NCBI GenBank assembly: GCA_002747515.1
Contig: PDPP01000018.1
Location: 21,751-85,750 of the forward strand
Direction of reading: 5' to 3'
Source of the DNA: Candidatus Moraniibacteriota bacterium
GTDB taxonomy: Bacteria; Patescibacteriota; Minisyncoccia; Moranbacterales; GCA-2747515
Length of the DNA stretch: 64,000 nt
Part shown: one piece after another, positions 19,750-31,677 of the stretch
How positions within the stretch are numbered: position 1 is the first letter of the stretch
Layout of the letters: each line of letters opens with the position of its first letter
Program-made: the position numbers and the translations under genes
The notes under the pieces: generated by a model
Database searches by the model: none
Seen by the model: only the letters and a program-made list of their open reading frames with translations
Told to the model about the DNA's origin: nothing

Positions 19750-21459
19750 TTATTTTGCTATTTTTTTAATTTCATTTGTGAGTTCCTCAACACTAAATGG
19801 TTCACCATTCCATTTAAGAATTCTCCTATTAACTGTGACCCCACATTCTTTTTCTAATAAATTTGCAAATTGTCCTATTGCATTATTTTCTACAACAATC
19901 ACCTTCTCTGCCTTGCCTAAGGTCTTTTTTACTGACTTATTGAACGGAAAAAGTTGTGCAAAATGTATAACACTGATTTCAGAGTTATTGAGATTTTCTA
20001 TAGATTCTACCAAAACATTACGATTTGATCCCCAACACACAACCATTGTTTTTGCTGATTTTTTTCCAATGATTTCTGGCTCAATTGCAGTCTCTTCCAA
20101 TAATTCCCGTCTCTTGAATAAACGTTTATCTGTCATCTGTTTGCGCAGTCCATCCATATCTTCTGTAATATGACCATTCTCATCATGCTCATCGCTATCT
20201 ACACATACTAAACCATCACCATATCCAGGCACACTTCGTGGACTAATGCCATTTTCCGTAAGTGCATATCGTTTGTATTGCCGATCTGATTCTATAATAC
20301 TTTTATTTATATCATGCGCCAAAAATTCTTCTTTATCTGCAGTAAAAAGCGCATCAACAAAATATTGATCTGTGAGTACAAAAGTTGGAATTTGATATTT
20401 ATCCGCTACATACATCGCATGTGCTGTGATATCATATGCTTCAATCGCCGTACCTGGTGCAAAAACTGCTCGCATAAACTCACCATGACCTGCATGAAGC
20501 ACGAGATCCAAATCCTCCTGCCCTGTACGTGTCGGTAATCCCGTCGCTGGACCAGGACGCTGTGCGATGTGTACTGTCACCGGCGTCTCCGTCATTCCAG
20601 AGAGCGAAATCGCCTCACACATGAGTGCAAATCCTCCACCCGATGTCGTAATAATCGGACGTGCACCAGCATATGATGCACCAAGTGACATATTAATCGC
20701 ACCAATCTCATCTGTTGCTTGCTCCACAATCACGCCACAATCTTTGCCATGTTGCGCCATAAATGTCAGCACGCCAGTTGAAGGTGACATCGGATAAGAA
20801 GAACAAAAATCACACCCAGCAGCCAATGCACCAAGTCCCACAGCATCTGTCCCTGAAATGAACAAATCATCCTTTACATCTTCTTCGGATGTAATATCAA
20901 TAGAAATATCCTCGGTAAACGCAAAATGTTCACCCATCTTATACCCTTTTACAAATGCTTGTTGATTTTTTATGATTATATCTTCACCTTTTTTTATGAA
21001 AAATTCACGAAGATATGCATCACCCTCCGTCTGATCAATACCCATAAGCCCTAAAATCGCGCCAGCAGCAACAGTATTTGCAAAAATTCGATTACCAATT
21101 GCTTGTGCAATATTCACAAAATCTATCTCCATAATACAATCTGCACAAAATTCCTCATCACGAAAACCGAGAAATAATGTTTCTTCATTGAATCGTTTTT
21201 TTACATGTTCATACCCGCCAACATCAAGTGCTACAAAAAGATCAACACGTGACACATACGCATCACGCTTTGTACTCGAGACTCGAATTGTCGTGGAGTT
21301 CATCCCACCACGCACGCGCGACATATATTCCTTTGTTGCAAAAACATGATATCCCTGTCTTTTTAAAATATGTGTTAGTATATGTGCTACACTCTGCACA
21401 CCTTGCCCTGCTTGACCAGCAATGACGATTGAAAAGTCTTCTATAATATTTTTCGCCAT
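19750..21459 (-). CDS. korA: 2-oxoacid:ferredoxin oxidoreductase alpha subunit (fused gamma-alpha; KorA/OforA)
   Basis: 569 aa. N-terminal gamma-like domain ([17 protein letters not shown]) plus alpha pyrimidine-binding domain. 4-nt gap to korB. Confidence 0.8.
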   Translation of the reverse strand: MAKNIIEDFSIVIAGQAGQGVQSVAHILTHILKRQGYHVFATKEYMSRVRGGMNSTTIRVSSTKRDAYVSRVDLFVALDVGGYEHVKKRFNEETLFLGFRDEEFCADCIMEIDFVNIAQAIGNRIFANTVAAGAILGLMGIDQTEGDAYLREFFIKKGEDIIIKNQQAFVKGYKMGEHFAFTEDISIDITSEEDVKDDLFISGTDAVGLGALAAGCDFCSSYPMSPSTGVLTFMAQHGKDCGVIVEQATDEIGAINMSLGASYAGARPIITTSGGGFALMCEAISLSGMTETPVTVHIAQRPGPATGLPTRTGQEDLDLVLHAGHGEFMRAVFAPGTAIEAYDITAHAMYVADKYQIPTFVLTDQYFVDALFTADKEEFLAHDINKSIIESDRQYKRYALTENGISPRSVPGYGDGLVCVDSDEHDENGHITEDMDGLRKQMTDKRLFKRRELLEETAIEPEIIGKKSAKTMVVCWGSNRNVLVESIENLNNSEISVIHFAQLFPFNKSVKKTLGKAEKVIVVENNAIGQFANLLEKECGVTVNRRILKWNGEPFSVEELTNEIKKIAK

Positions 21460-21774
21460 ATATTTTTATATTTATTCTCTTTAAAGTTTTATTGTCATGA
21501 AACTATTATATCATCTTCTCTTTTTGACGACAAAAACCAAATTCTAAATGATATAATACATCTCATATTATCTTTTTCATATAAGCAGTCAGCTAAAAAT
21601 ATTTTATAAAATAAAAAACGCAACAATCGTCATTCTAAAATAAACTCATCAAAATAACATTTTTCTTTTTTTCTTACTTACTACAAAATTTACCTCAATA
21701 GTAAGATGAATTTTCTGCATATTAAAAAGCACGATAAAACATCATGCTTTTTTAATTCACGTGAATAAACATCA

Positions 21775-21975
21775 TTAAGCTAAATCTTTTTTTACTTCTT
21801 CAAATTCATTTTCAATTGATGCAAGACGCTTCTTTGCTTCTTTTATTAACTTTGCACCTGATTTAACTTTTTCTATACCTTTTTCAACGTCAACTTCATC
21901 CTGATCTTCAAACCATCTTACAATCTCCTCGATTTCTTTAAGATTTTTTGATAAATTAATTTTTGACTGTGCCAT
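21775..21975 (-). CDS. xseB: Exodeoxyribonuclease VII small subunit
   Basis: 66-aa coiled-coil protein with the XseB signature (LEEIVRWFEDQD..GIEKVKSGAKLIKEAKKRL). Confidence 0.8.
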   Translation of the reverse strand: MAQSKINLSKNLKEIEEIVRWFEDQDEVDVEKGIEKVKSGAKLIKEAKKRLASIENEFEEVKKDLA

Positions 21976-22063
21976 AAATATCTGAATTATTCTACAAATT
22001 TATTACAATATAATTATACCAATTTTTCAAAACTACACAAAAAATATTATACTGTATTAATTA

Positions 22064-23710
22064 TTATTTTGATACCTTTGTTAAAATTTCTCCATCAGAA
22101 ACTTGTACAAAAAGCACATCATCTTTTATAATATCATCTTTTTTACGAATAACATTTCCTTTTACATTTCTTGCAATACTGTATCCTAGTGCAAGTTGCC
22201 TTTGTGGATCGTTGTGTGTAAGTGTTTTTTCATAAGTATATAATTTCTCTTTGATATATGTGATACGCGTAGCAACTGATTTAATGAAGTATGTAATATC
22301 AAAAGCTCTCTTCACATTATCCAGAGAATATTGAAAATGTTGATGTATTTTTTCTTGTGATTGCTGTATATGCACTTTTTGTGATTGAATATGTGTATCA
22401 ATTTTTTGCACAGAAAGAAAAAAACGATGAAACACTTGACTGAAATGCTCTGTAAGTGTAGTAAATTGTGCAAAAATATTGCGCTCTATATGTGCAATTA
22501 CATGTTTTTGTTGTTGAAGCACTTTGTCAAAAGTGTTTATAATTATACTTTCATAATTTTGTACACGTTTATCACATGCATCCCAGCTTTCTCGCACAGA
22601 TCGTGCTGCTCCAGTTGGCGTACTTGCACCAACGTCTGCGACAAGTGTCGCAAGTGTTTCATCTTCGTCATGCCCCACACCCACAATTACCGGCACGGGA
22701 AAATCTGTAATCATCCGGATAATCGTTTCGTTATTAAACGCTTGTAAACTCTCCAAACTTCCACCACCGCGCACCAAAACCAACACATCAATATCTTTTT
22801 TTGCCATTTCTTCTAGCGCACTTTTTATATCACGCAGTGCATATGCACCTTCTACGCTCGTATGATGAAAAATAATTTTATATCCATATTGTCCAACATT
22901 ACTCGTAAAATCTCCAATTGCTGCACCTGTACGTGATGTAATAAGTCCAATTTTCTCTGGCAATTGTAGCAATACTCTTTTTTTCTCACTACTAAACAAT
23001 CCTTCTTCACTGAGTTTTTTCTTGAGATCATCATATGCTTTTTTGAGCGCACCTTCACCATAAAGTTCTAGAGTATTACCCATAAAACCAAATCCGTATT
23101 GCTTGTGATAACTAGGCTGTCCTGTGATAATAATCTCCATACCATCTTCCAATTGTATACCAGAAAGTTCATAATTTGAACGAAAAACTGTACACCGTAA
23201 AACACTATCTTTATCTTTAATCTGAAAATATGCATGTCCATTTGCATTTTGTTTAAATCCCACCACTTCTCCCTGTACACGCACACGACGAAAATTTGTC
23301 CGAAGCATTGTATCAAGCATCGTCACAAATTCTGTCACAGTTATAGAATCATCTTTTTTGTCTTCAATTACTTCACCCGTTTCAGGATTAAACTGCACTT
23401 CTGCTCCTTTGGGATTTTGACTAGAAAGCGCAATATCATTGACTACTTCTGCCTCAGAAAAAAGATCCATACTACTTTGTGCCTCACCACCAACTACACC
23501 ATTTCCTCGCACGATATGCAAAATATCATCACCATATTTACGCACTTTCGCTGGACCAATACCTTTGATACGAAGAAGTTCGTCATGCGTCTTCGGCTCG
23601 ATACGTACAATTTCTTTTATTGTATTAAATTGTAAAACCATGTACGGCTCTAAATGTTCCTTTCGTGCTTGATCTTGTTGCCAACTGATTAATTTTTGCA
23701 TCAATGTCAT
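22064..23710 (-). CDS. xseA: Exodeoxyribonuclease VII large subunit with additional N-terminal HRDC-like domain
   Basis: Residues about 120-548 match XseA (OB-fold RVRVQGEVVGFKQNANGHAYFQIKD, catalytic and coiled-coil regions). Residues about 10-75 resemble an HRDC fold (EHLEPYMVLQFNTIKEIVRIEPKTHDELLRIKGIGPAKVRKYGDDIL). Confidence 0.75.
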   Translation of the reverse strand: MTLMQKLISWQQDQARKEHLEPYMVLQFNTIKEIVRIEPKTHDELLRIKGIGPAKVRKYGDDILHIVRGNGVVGGEAQSSMDLFSEAEVVNDIALSSQNPKGAEVQFNPETGEVIEDKKDDSITVTEFVTMLDTMLRTNFRRVRVQGEVVGFKQNANGHAYFQIKDKDSVLRCTVFRSNYELSGIQLEDGMEIIITGQPSYHKQYGFGFMGNTLELYGEGALKKAYDDLKKKLSEEGLFSSEKKRVLLQLPEKIGLITSRTGAAIGDFTSNVGQYGYKIIFHHTSVEGAYALRDIKSALEEMAKKDIDVLVLVRGGGSLESLQAFNNETIIRMITDFPVPVIVGVGHDEDETLATLVADVGASTPTGAARSVRESWDACDKRVQNYESIIINTFDKVLQQQKHVIAHIERNIFAQFTTLTEHFSQVFHRFFLSVQKIDTHIQSQKVHIQQSQEKIHQHFQYSLDNVKRAFDITYFIKSVATRITYIKEKLYTYEKTLTHNDPQRQLALGYSIARNVKGNVIRKKDDIIKDDVLFVQVSDGEILTKVSK

Positions 23711-23992
23711 AGATTTGAAGAATGTTTTAAAATATTGAAACTATTCATATTGTTTCATATAATTTCATATTTGATAAGAGGTTTTACAACTTACTAAAAG
23801 ACATATTGCCGTAGATACACACGAATTACCGCATGTTATTGATGTAAATAGAATAAATATCGGAGGTCGACAAAGATCAGTTGATCTTTTAAAACTTGTG
23901 TTGGAGAAGACTACTATTTGACTAAATAATGAAAATCTTATATACTGCCCAGTCAAATAAAAAACAGTACTTTTAAAATAGGAGAAAGAAAA

Positions 23993-24739
23993 ATGGCAGA
24001 AAAAAAAGTTTTTTTCAAAGTAGTTCGAGCAAAAAATGAGCAAATCAGATGGAATGATATTTACAATGACATAAAAATGTGCTTTCCAAAAGATGCAGAA
24101 GAATTTATCAAGATTATACAATTCTTCAAAGAAACAAAAAATAAACCAGTACTTCATAGTAGACTTGACACAAAAAAAAGCATTGCAGAAGTAAATAAAG
24201 TTCTTGCAGAAGCACAGTCACCATACCAATTACAAACATCTGACACAAAAAAAGGTGTTTCTGATGAAAAAAGAACATGGTCTCTCTGGAGAAAAAAACC
24301 AAAATATGTCATTAAAAACATCCCAGATCATACATCTATCAAATGGGATAAGCTTCAAAAATCTTTTGAAGCAATGGCAAAATCAGCGGTATTGATTCAC
24401 ATCATATCAATTTTTAAAAAAGCAAACAATACACCAACGCCATATGCAGATTTAGGAATTCCTAATTATCTAAGTGTGCAAGATATCAATAGCACTCTCA
24501 GAAATGCTGGATTTTCATATCGACTGTATTCTCCAGAAAAATCTGAAAAAGGGAATGATTTTAATCGAAATTGGCAGCTTGGTGTAAGTATTGAAATTGA
24601 TGTGACAGATTTCTCAAAACTCAACCCACAAATTTTATTGTCAAAATACACCGAATTGTGTAAAGAACATCCAAAATGCTCACAAGCACGGATGATGCGC
24701 AAAGAAATGTTACGGCGCATGCGGACAATAAAACAATAA
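23993..24739 (+). CDS. Hypothetical protein (248 aa)
   Basis: Clean ORF with AGGAG SD, terminator downstream. No recognisable domain. Confidence 0.5.
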   Translation: MAEKKVFFKVVRAKNEQIRWNDIYNDIKMCFPKDAEEFIKIIQFFKETKNKPVLHSRLDTKKSIAEVNKVLAEAQSPYQLQTSDTKKGVSDEKRTWSLWRKKPKYVIKNIPDHTSIKWDKLQKSFEAMAKSAVLIHIISIFKKANNTPTPYADLGIPNYLSVQDINSTLRNAGFSYRLYSPEKSEKGNDFNRNWQLGVSIEIDVTDFSKLNPQILLSKYTELCKEHPKCSQARMMRKEMLRRMRTIKQ

Positions 24740-24746
24740 GATTTGT

Positions 24747-24790
24747 AAAAAGACTCCTACATAAAAATGTGTAAGAGTCTTTTTCTTTTT
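24747..24790. terminator. Bidirectional intrinsic terminator (AAAAGACTC/GAGTCTTTT)
   Basis: Stem-loop with T-run between convergent genes 23993..24739(+) and 24814..25554(-). Confidence 0.55.
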
Positions 24791-24813
24791 CACTATTCTT
24801 TTGATTATATAAA

Positions 24814-25554
24814 TTATTGTCCTCGATAATATTTATTGACAAACCGTTTAAAGATTTTTTGAGGTATTATAATATTTTCCTGTTCAGCATCTTTAATTAA
24901 TTTCCCTGCATCTTCTGGCGGAAAATATCCTGCGTGTTTATACACATTAATTCGATTGATAATTTCTTCTGTATCCATCTCTGGATGAAACTGCGTTGCA
25001 TAAATATTATTTTTCACACGATACATTTGTACAGGACATGTATCTGAACTTGCAAGAAGAATTGCATCTTTTGGCACACTCTGACATGCTTCCTTGTGCC
25101 CAACAAATGCACGAAATTCTGTTGGTAACCCTTTTAGCAATTCATCTTTCATTCCCACTTTATTAACCTTAATTGTCACAGCGGTCACATCCTCACTATA
25201 TTTTTCTTTTGACACACATGCACCACGATGTTTTGAAAGAATACCAAAACCATAACATGCACCAAAATAAGGAACATCATTTTCTACCACTTCATCAAGA
25301 ATACGAAACAAATCAGATTCAAACTTTTTTTGAATATCGCTTTTTTTCTCTTCATCATCTGACACATTACTTGGCCCTCCTCCTACGACAACAGCCGCAT
25401 AATCTGTTGCATGTACATCAACTGGAATACCATTCTCTTCCATGCGAATACGATGTATATTATTTTTATTTAACTCCCCCCACTTAAGAAAAGCGGAAAA
25501 TTCTGTCTCTGCAATCTCATCTGGTCGTAATTGCAAAATTACTATTTTTTTCAT
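24814..25554 (-). CDS. Class I glutamine amidotransferase-like protein (GuaA-N-like, stand-alone)
   Basis: Nucleophile elbow GACYGFG plus His/Glu (FHPE) triad residues. Confidence 0.7.
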   Translation of the reverse strand: MKKIVILQLRPDEIAETEFSAFLKWGELNKNNIHRIRMEENGIPVDVHATDYAAVVVGGGPSNVSDDEEKKSDIQKKFESDLFRILDEVVENDVPYFGACYGFGILSKHRGACVSKEKYSEDVTAVTIKVNKVGMKDELLKGLPTEFRAFVGHKEACQSVPKDAILLASSDTCPVQMYRVKNNIYATQFHPEMDTEEIINRINVYKHAGYFPPEDAGKLIKDAEQENIIIPQKIFKRFVNKYYRGQ

Positions 25555-25789
25555 AAAAACAAATCTAATAAATAAACAAATTTATCATAACATAATTTCA
25601 TTGACATGCGAGTATTTTATTGATATCATTACTCGCTCTTTTATTTAAAAAGAGGATAATTCACATTCTTTCAGAAAACTTAAATATAAAGAACAATTCT
25701 AAATATCATTCTCTTTCATATCAAATGTAATATAAAATACTCTTTATAATGTTTTCTTTTCACTATTATTTTATATACATTTAAAAAAT

Positions 25790-25821
25790 AACACTATCAT
25801 ACTACGTAGTATGATAGTGTT
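25790..25821. repeat. Perfect 32-nt palindrome AACACTATCATACTACGTAGTATGATAGTGTT (copy 2, identical to 12602..12633)
   Basis: Exact identity to copy 1. Located 45 nt after the stop of the HAD gene and about 240 nt upstream of the GATase gene start. Confidence 0.9.
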
Positions 25822-25865
25822 TATTGATAATAATCGGAAAAGTTTTTATTTGATAATATTTTTTA

Positions 25866-26519
25866 TTATTTTTTTTCTATTTTTTCAATGAGAGTTTGAT
25901 TAATTTGTGAAAATTTATCAACAATAACATCTGCATTATAAAGATCTTTCTTGCTATGTGTTGTCGTAATAGCGATACAATAACATCCTGCATCTTTTGC
26001 GGATTGCACACCACTTGCTGAATCTTCTATTGCAACACAATTTTCTGGATTTATACCCAATATTTGTGCCGTCTTCAAATATGGCTCTGGATTAGGTTTG
26101 CCATTTTTGACATCATCTGCAGAAATTGTTGTTGCAAAATTATTAATAATTCCTAATTCTTTTGTAATTAAATCAATTTCAGAACGAGAAGAGCTAGATG
26201 TAAGTGCAATAGTATATATTTTTGCTAAATCTTTAATAAGTTCAATAACACCATCATATGATTTTTTATTTTCTGGAAAAAGCTCTAAATACATTTGTGA
26301 TTTTTCTTTCAATAATTCATCAATGTTTAAATCAATATTAAAAAATGTTGATATATCTTCATATCCTTTACGATCCGTTTTTCCTGCACAACATGATAAA
26401 TAATCATTATGTGATACATTAATTCCGTATTTTTTTACTGTTTTTTGAAATGCTTTTTCATGAATATGTTCATCATCAATAATAACGCCATTCATATCAA
26501 ATAAAACTGCTTTTATCAT
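25866..26519 (-). CDS. HAD-superfamily hydrolase, subfamily IA (beta-phosphoglucomutase-like)
   Basis: Motif I LFDMNGVIID, motif II/III and IV (EDSASGVQSAKDAG). 4-nt overlap with metG. Confidence 0.75.
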   Translation of the reverse strand: MIKAVLFDMNGVIIDDEHIHEKAFQKTVKKYGINVSHNDYLSCCAGKTDRKGYEDISTFFNIDLNIDELLKEKSQMYLELFPENKKSYDGVIELIKDLAKIYTIALTSSSSRSEIDLITKELGIINNFATTISADDVKNGKPNPEPYLKTAQILGINPENCVAIEDSASGVQSAKDAGCYCIAITTTHSKKDLYNADVIVDKFSQINQTLIEKIEKK

Positions 26520-27943
26520 AGTTCTACACGTTGAAAAAGAATTATTCTCTCACGATTTTTTAGTGCTTCCAAAATTTCTTCAGATGTTTGTGGCATGAAT
26601 GGTGTGAGTGACTGTGCAATTGTGTGTAATTTTAAAAGCAGTTCTTTCATCACATTTTCAAATGCTTCTGTGTCTGTTTTTTTGAGTTCCCATGGTTTTT
26701 TTTCTTCGATGCGCTTATTTGCTTTTTCTACTTCTGTCCAAATTTTTACTAGCGCTTTATTCATTTGCATTTTTTGCATTTCTTCTGTGATATTAATTTC
26801 TTCAATATCTTCTGTATCATATGCAACATCACCCGCAAGTGTAATAATACGTGATGTCAGATTTCCTAATCCATTTGCAAGATCAGCGTTATATTTTGTA
26901 TTCAATTTTTCCCATGAAATATCGTTATCCTCACCAAAATTCCCTTTTGTGAGAAGAAGATACCGTGAACCATCAATGCCATATTTTTCTACCATTTCTG
27001 TTGGTGCGATGACATTACCAATTGATTTACTCATCTTTTGTCCATCCACACTGATAAATCCATTGATAAATACCTGTTTACTATGTGGTAAATCTGCTGC
27101 CATAAGCATTGCTTGCCACACAGCACTTTGTTGCCTGAGATTATCTTTTCCTGCAATTTGTATTGCATTTACTTCATCGACTGTACCCCAAAATTTTGCA
27201 AAATTTTCTTCATCTTCTGGCCATCCAAGCGTAGAAACGTAATTTGTCAGCGCATCAAACCATACATACATCACATGTTCTTCATCATCTGGTACTGACA
27301 CGCCCCAAGGCATTTTTTCTTTAAGTCGTGAAATAGAAAAATCCTGTAAACCTCTCTCTACAAAGCTTTTTATTTCATTAAAACGCTTCTGTGGCACGAC
27401 AAATTCTGGATTGTTTTGATATAATTTAAGAAGCTTATCACCAAAATCTGAAAATTTAAAAAAGTAATTTTCTTCATCAATTTTCTCCAATTTTTTACCA
27501 GGGTGTAGTGGACAAAATCCATCTTCTAATTCACTATCAGTTTTTTCCAATTCACATCCTACACAATATTTTGCACTATATTTTTTCTTATAAATAAATC
27601 CATTTGCATCCACACGTCGCCACATTTCTTGTGTTGCTTTTTTATGATGTTCGTCAGTTGTACGAATAAAGTGTGTATAATTAAGATTAAGAAGTTTTTT
27701 CAAATCATCAAATTTTGCAGCATACTCATCAACATACTCTTGTGCACTAATGCCCTGTTGAGTTGCTGACTGATAAATTTTCATCCCATGTTCATCTGTG
27801 CCAGTATTAAACACAACATCTTTTCCGAGGGATTGTTCATAACGTGCACGTACATCTGCATACACAATTTCACTTGCAAATCCAATATGTGGTTTTGCAT
27901 TTACATAAGGCAGTGTTGTTGTGATATAAAAATTTTTATTCAT
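26516..27943 (-). CDS. metG: Methionine--tRNA ligase (short form)
   Basis: HIGH-like PHIGFA and KMSKSIGNVI motifs. Confidence 0.85.
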   Translation of the reverse strand: MNKNFYITTTLPYVNAKPHIGFASEIVYADVRARYEQSLGKDVVFNTGTDEHGMKIYQSATQQGISAQEYVDEYAAKFDDLKKLLNLNYTHFIRTTDEHHKKATQEMWRRVDANGFIYKKKYSAKYCVGCELEKTDSELEDGFCPLHPGKKLEKIDEENYFFKFSDFGDKLLKLYQNNPEFVVPQKRFNEIKSFVERGLQDFSISRLKEKMPWGVSVPDDEEHVMYVWFDALTNYVSTLGWPEDEENFAKFWGTVDEVNAIQIAGKDNLRQQSAVWQAMLMAADLPHSKQVFINGFISVDGQKMSKSIGNVIAPTEMVEKYGIDGSRYLLLTKGNFGEDNDISWEKLNTKYNADLANGLGNLTSRIITLAGDVAYDTEDIEEINITEEMQKMQMNKALVKIWTEVEKANKRIEEKKPWELKKTDTEAFENVMKELLLKLHTIAQSLTPFMPQTSEEILEALKNRERIILFQRVEL

Positions 27944-28055
27944 AATAATTTATAGACATACGGTCAAAATCTATTGTTAGCATAGATGAAATAAAGTCTT
28001 TTTGCAAATATAAAAGCCAAATAATTTTATGAAATTATATGGCTTTCTCATTTTT

Positions 28056-28787
28056 TCATTTTCGACGATCATCAAAAAACCCACTTCTTTCACCCACTTT
28101 TCGACGATCATGAAAACAAATACAATTACGGCCAGCAGACTTTGCTCTATACAGTGCTTCATCTGCATATTTAATGACTAGATCAAGCTCCATTGAGCTA
28201 TCACTCGGCACAAAACATACACCAAAGCTTACTGTTACAGACAACTTGCAATCTGCCTGATCCGTTTGTACAGCAGATATAGAATTTTTATATCTTTGAG
28301 CAAGTGGCTTCACATCTTCTTCACCTAAATTAAGCATGAAAATAAGAAACTCATCACCACCATGTCGCACGATATAATCACTTTGACGTGCAACCTCTCT
28401 AAACATCTGCGTAACATTCACAAGAACCTGATCACCACAAGGATGTCCATATGCATCATTAATTGCTTTAAAGTGATCAATGTCAAATATGATTAAGCCC
28501 CATGATTCTTTGTTTCGCTTTTTCTCAAAGACGCGCTGTTTCATGATACGTTCAACAAACAAATGATTATAACAACCCGTTAAATGATCAATCATTGCAT
28601 GTTTTGCAGTTTGTTCCAACTCATTCTGCAATTTTTCATTTTGCTTTTCTAATTCTGCAACTTTTTTTTGCAGATTAGTTATAATCATTTGAGTAGCATT
28701 TTTGACTTCACTCAATCCTCTCGATACTCTACTAGAATTTCCTGTAATAGAAACTACATCCTGAACACCTTTTTTTTCTGACATCAT
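28056..28787 (-). CDS. Diguanylate cyclase (stand-alone GGDEF domain with N-terminal coiled-coil)
   Basis: Active-site RHGGDEF and the usual Mg/GTP-binding Asp region (IIFDIDHFKAINDAYGH). Confidence 0.75.
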   Translation of the reverse strand: MMSEKKGVQDVVSITGNSSRVSRGLSEVKNATQMIITNLQKKVAELEKQNEKLQNELEQTAKHAMIDHLTGCYNHLFVERIMKQRVFEKKRNKESWGLIIFDIDHFKAINDAYGHPCGDQVLVNVTQMFREVARQSDYIVRHGGDEFLIFMLNLGEEDVKPLAQRYKNSISAVQTDQADCKLSVTVSFGVCFVPSDSSMELDLVIKYADEALYRAKSAGRNCICFHDRRKVGERSGFFDDRRK

Positions 28788-28945
28788 GCAGCCTCCTTTG
28801 TGATATTCATGAATTTTTCATGTAATAAAAAGAACTTTTATCCTCTTTGCCACAACATCATACAATCAAATCAAAAAAAATACAAATGAATCATATGTCC
28901 TCATATTTCCACTTGTATATATTTCTTTTAAATAATCATAAAAAC

Positions 28946-28976
28946 AAAAAAGGCAAATCACTGTTGCCGTTTTTTG
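28946..28976. terminator. Bidirectional intrinsic terminator (GGCAA-ATCACTG-TTGCC with flanking A6/T6)
   Basis: Hairpin plus T-run on both strands. Downstream of pgeF on the minus strand. Confidence 0.5.
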
Positions 28977-29152
28977 TGTCTATTTTTGTTTTTGTTTTTG
29001 CGAGTGTTTGATTTTTAAATAAAAAAATAAGTAGAAGGCTCAAACACGCCTCTACTCACCCATTACTACAAGTATAACACACAAAAATGAAAAAGTCAAA
29101 TTCGCTTCCCTACATCTCACCCCCAACCGTAATTTCTAGAAAAAAAGAGGGT

Positions 29153-29872
29153 TTACAAAGATAACATTCCAATAAAAGACATCATCACACAATACTCCTC
29201 CCCATCACGACGTGCTGAAAAAAGTTTATGTTGATTTGCATATGTACAATCTGCACAATCATATATATTTTCTTCAAAAATATCATGATGCCTCAGTTGA
29301 TCTAATATAATTTTATGCAAATCCACTTTTACCTTATTTATTGTACTTCCTTCAACGATATATTTATCTTGATTGTAAAAACCAAAATATTTAATTACAT
29401 CACAAAAATCAAAATCACAAAAACGCAAAGAAACTCCAGGTCCAATTGCAACACAAATTTTGTGTGGATCTGCTCCTTCACGTATCATCACATTAATTGT
29501 TCGCGGCACAATTTCTCCGACCACGCCACGCCATCCTGCATGCGCAATTCCCACAATCTTTTTCTCTTGTTCGTAAAAAAATACTGGAAAACAATCAGCG
29601 ATTGTTAAAGAAAGAAACACATTCTTCATTCGTGTAACAAGTGCATCTGCACCTTCAATAATCTTTTGTTCAGAACTCTCAACGATTTCTACATTCGTAC
29701 CATGTACAAGTCCTGCGCTCACGACATGTTTCACATCTATATGATTTTTTGCAAAAAATCGACATCTGTTTTGTAATGTAGATTTAGAACTATTTCGTAA
29801 TCGCATATTTCCATCATTTTGCGTTGACATCCTTGCAATCACATCATCTTTTTGAGGAAAGAAGTTGTACAT
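29153..29872 (-). CDS. pgeF: Purine nucleoside phosphorylase / peptidoglycan editing factor PgeF (YfiH, DUF152 laccase-domain family)
   Basis: Conserved ADCFPV and HAGWRG motifs. Confidence 0.75.
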   Translation of the reverse strand: MYNFFPQKDDVIARMSTQNDGNMRLRNSSKSTLQNRCRFFAKNHIDVKHVVSAGLVHGTNVEIVESSEQKIIEGADALVTRMKNVFLSLTIADCFPVFFYEQEKKIVGIAHAGWRGVVGEIVPRTINVMIREGADPHKICVAIGPGVSLRFCDFDFCDVIKYFGFYNQDKYIVEGSTINKVKVDLHKIILDQLRHHDIFEENIYDCADCTYANQHKLFSARRDGEEYCVMMSFIGMLSL

Positions 29873-29882
29873 TTTTTTATTT

Positions 29883-31046
<1,164 letters not shown>

Positions 31047-31272
31047 TCATTATCAAAAAATCTACACACTTCTTTATAAGAAAATAGCATTTTTCACCCC
31101 AAAACATGAATTAAAAAAATATTTTTTCCAATTTACTGATATGTTATAAATCATATATGCAGAAAATATACAAAATTATATATGTATAGTATCATGATTT
31201 ATCTTTTTGTAATATTTAGACTATTTAAAAACGATATATAAAATTTTTATATATCGTTTTAAAAACAACTTC

Positions 31273-31653
31273 TTATTGATGGATATGCAACTGTTTTTCT
31301 ATGAGCGTAAATACTTCAGAATATAGATTCGTAAAATGTACCAAATATTCCGAAATTTCCTCTCGTCTTTCACAGCTTGTTACTTGCATAAACATCTTAA
31401 TTTCGCTGAATTTTTCTACAGCACAGTCTATCTTATGCGGATCAATACCGCTATCATGTAATTCTGCAACGATCACCTCAAACTGAATGAGCAATGCTAA
31501 AGCAATTTTGCCTTTTTTTAATAAATACTCAATACCAGCTGGAATAATATTGTCCTCATAACCAATTTTTTCTGCGTGATTAAAAAACAACTCGATTGCA
31601 TCTGCCAATAATGTATTGTCAATTTCATTTTCAAATCCATTCCAATTATCCAT
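31273..31653 (-). CDS. Hypothetical protein, paralog B of a tandem pair (126 aa)
   Basis: Alignable with the upstream 127-aa ORF (DW..F, AIE.F, EGL.YL, A.A.LI..EV.V). Confidence 0.5.
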   Translation of the reverse strand: MDNWNGFENEIDNTLLADAIELFFNHAEKIGYEDNIIPAGIEYLLKKGKIALALLIQFEVIVAELHDSGIDPHKIDCAVEKFSEIKMFMQVTSCERREEISEYLVHFTNLYSEVFTLIEKQLHIHQ

Positions 31654-31677
31654 TATTACTTTCTCCTCTTATGATTA

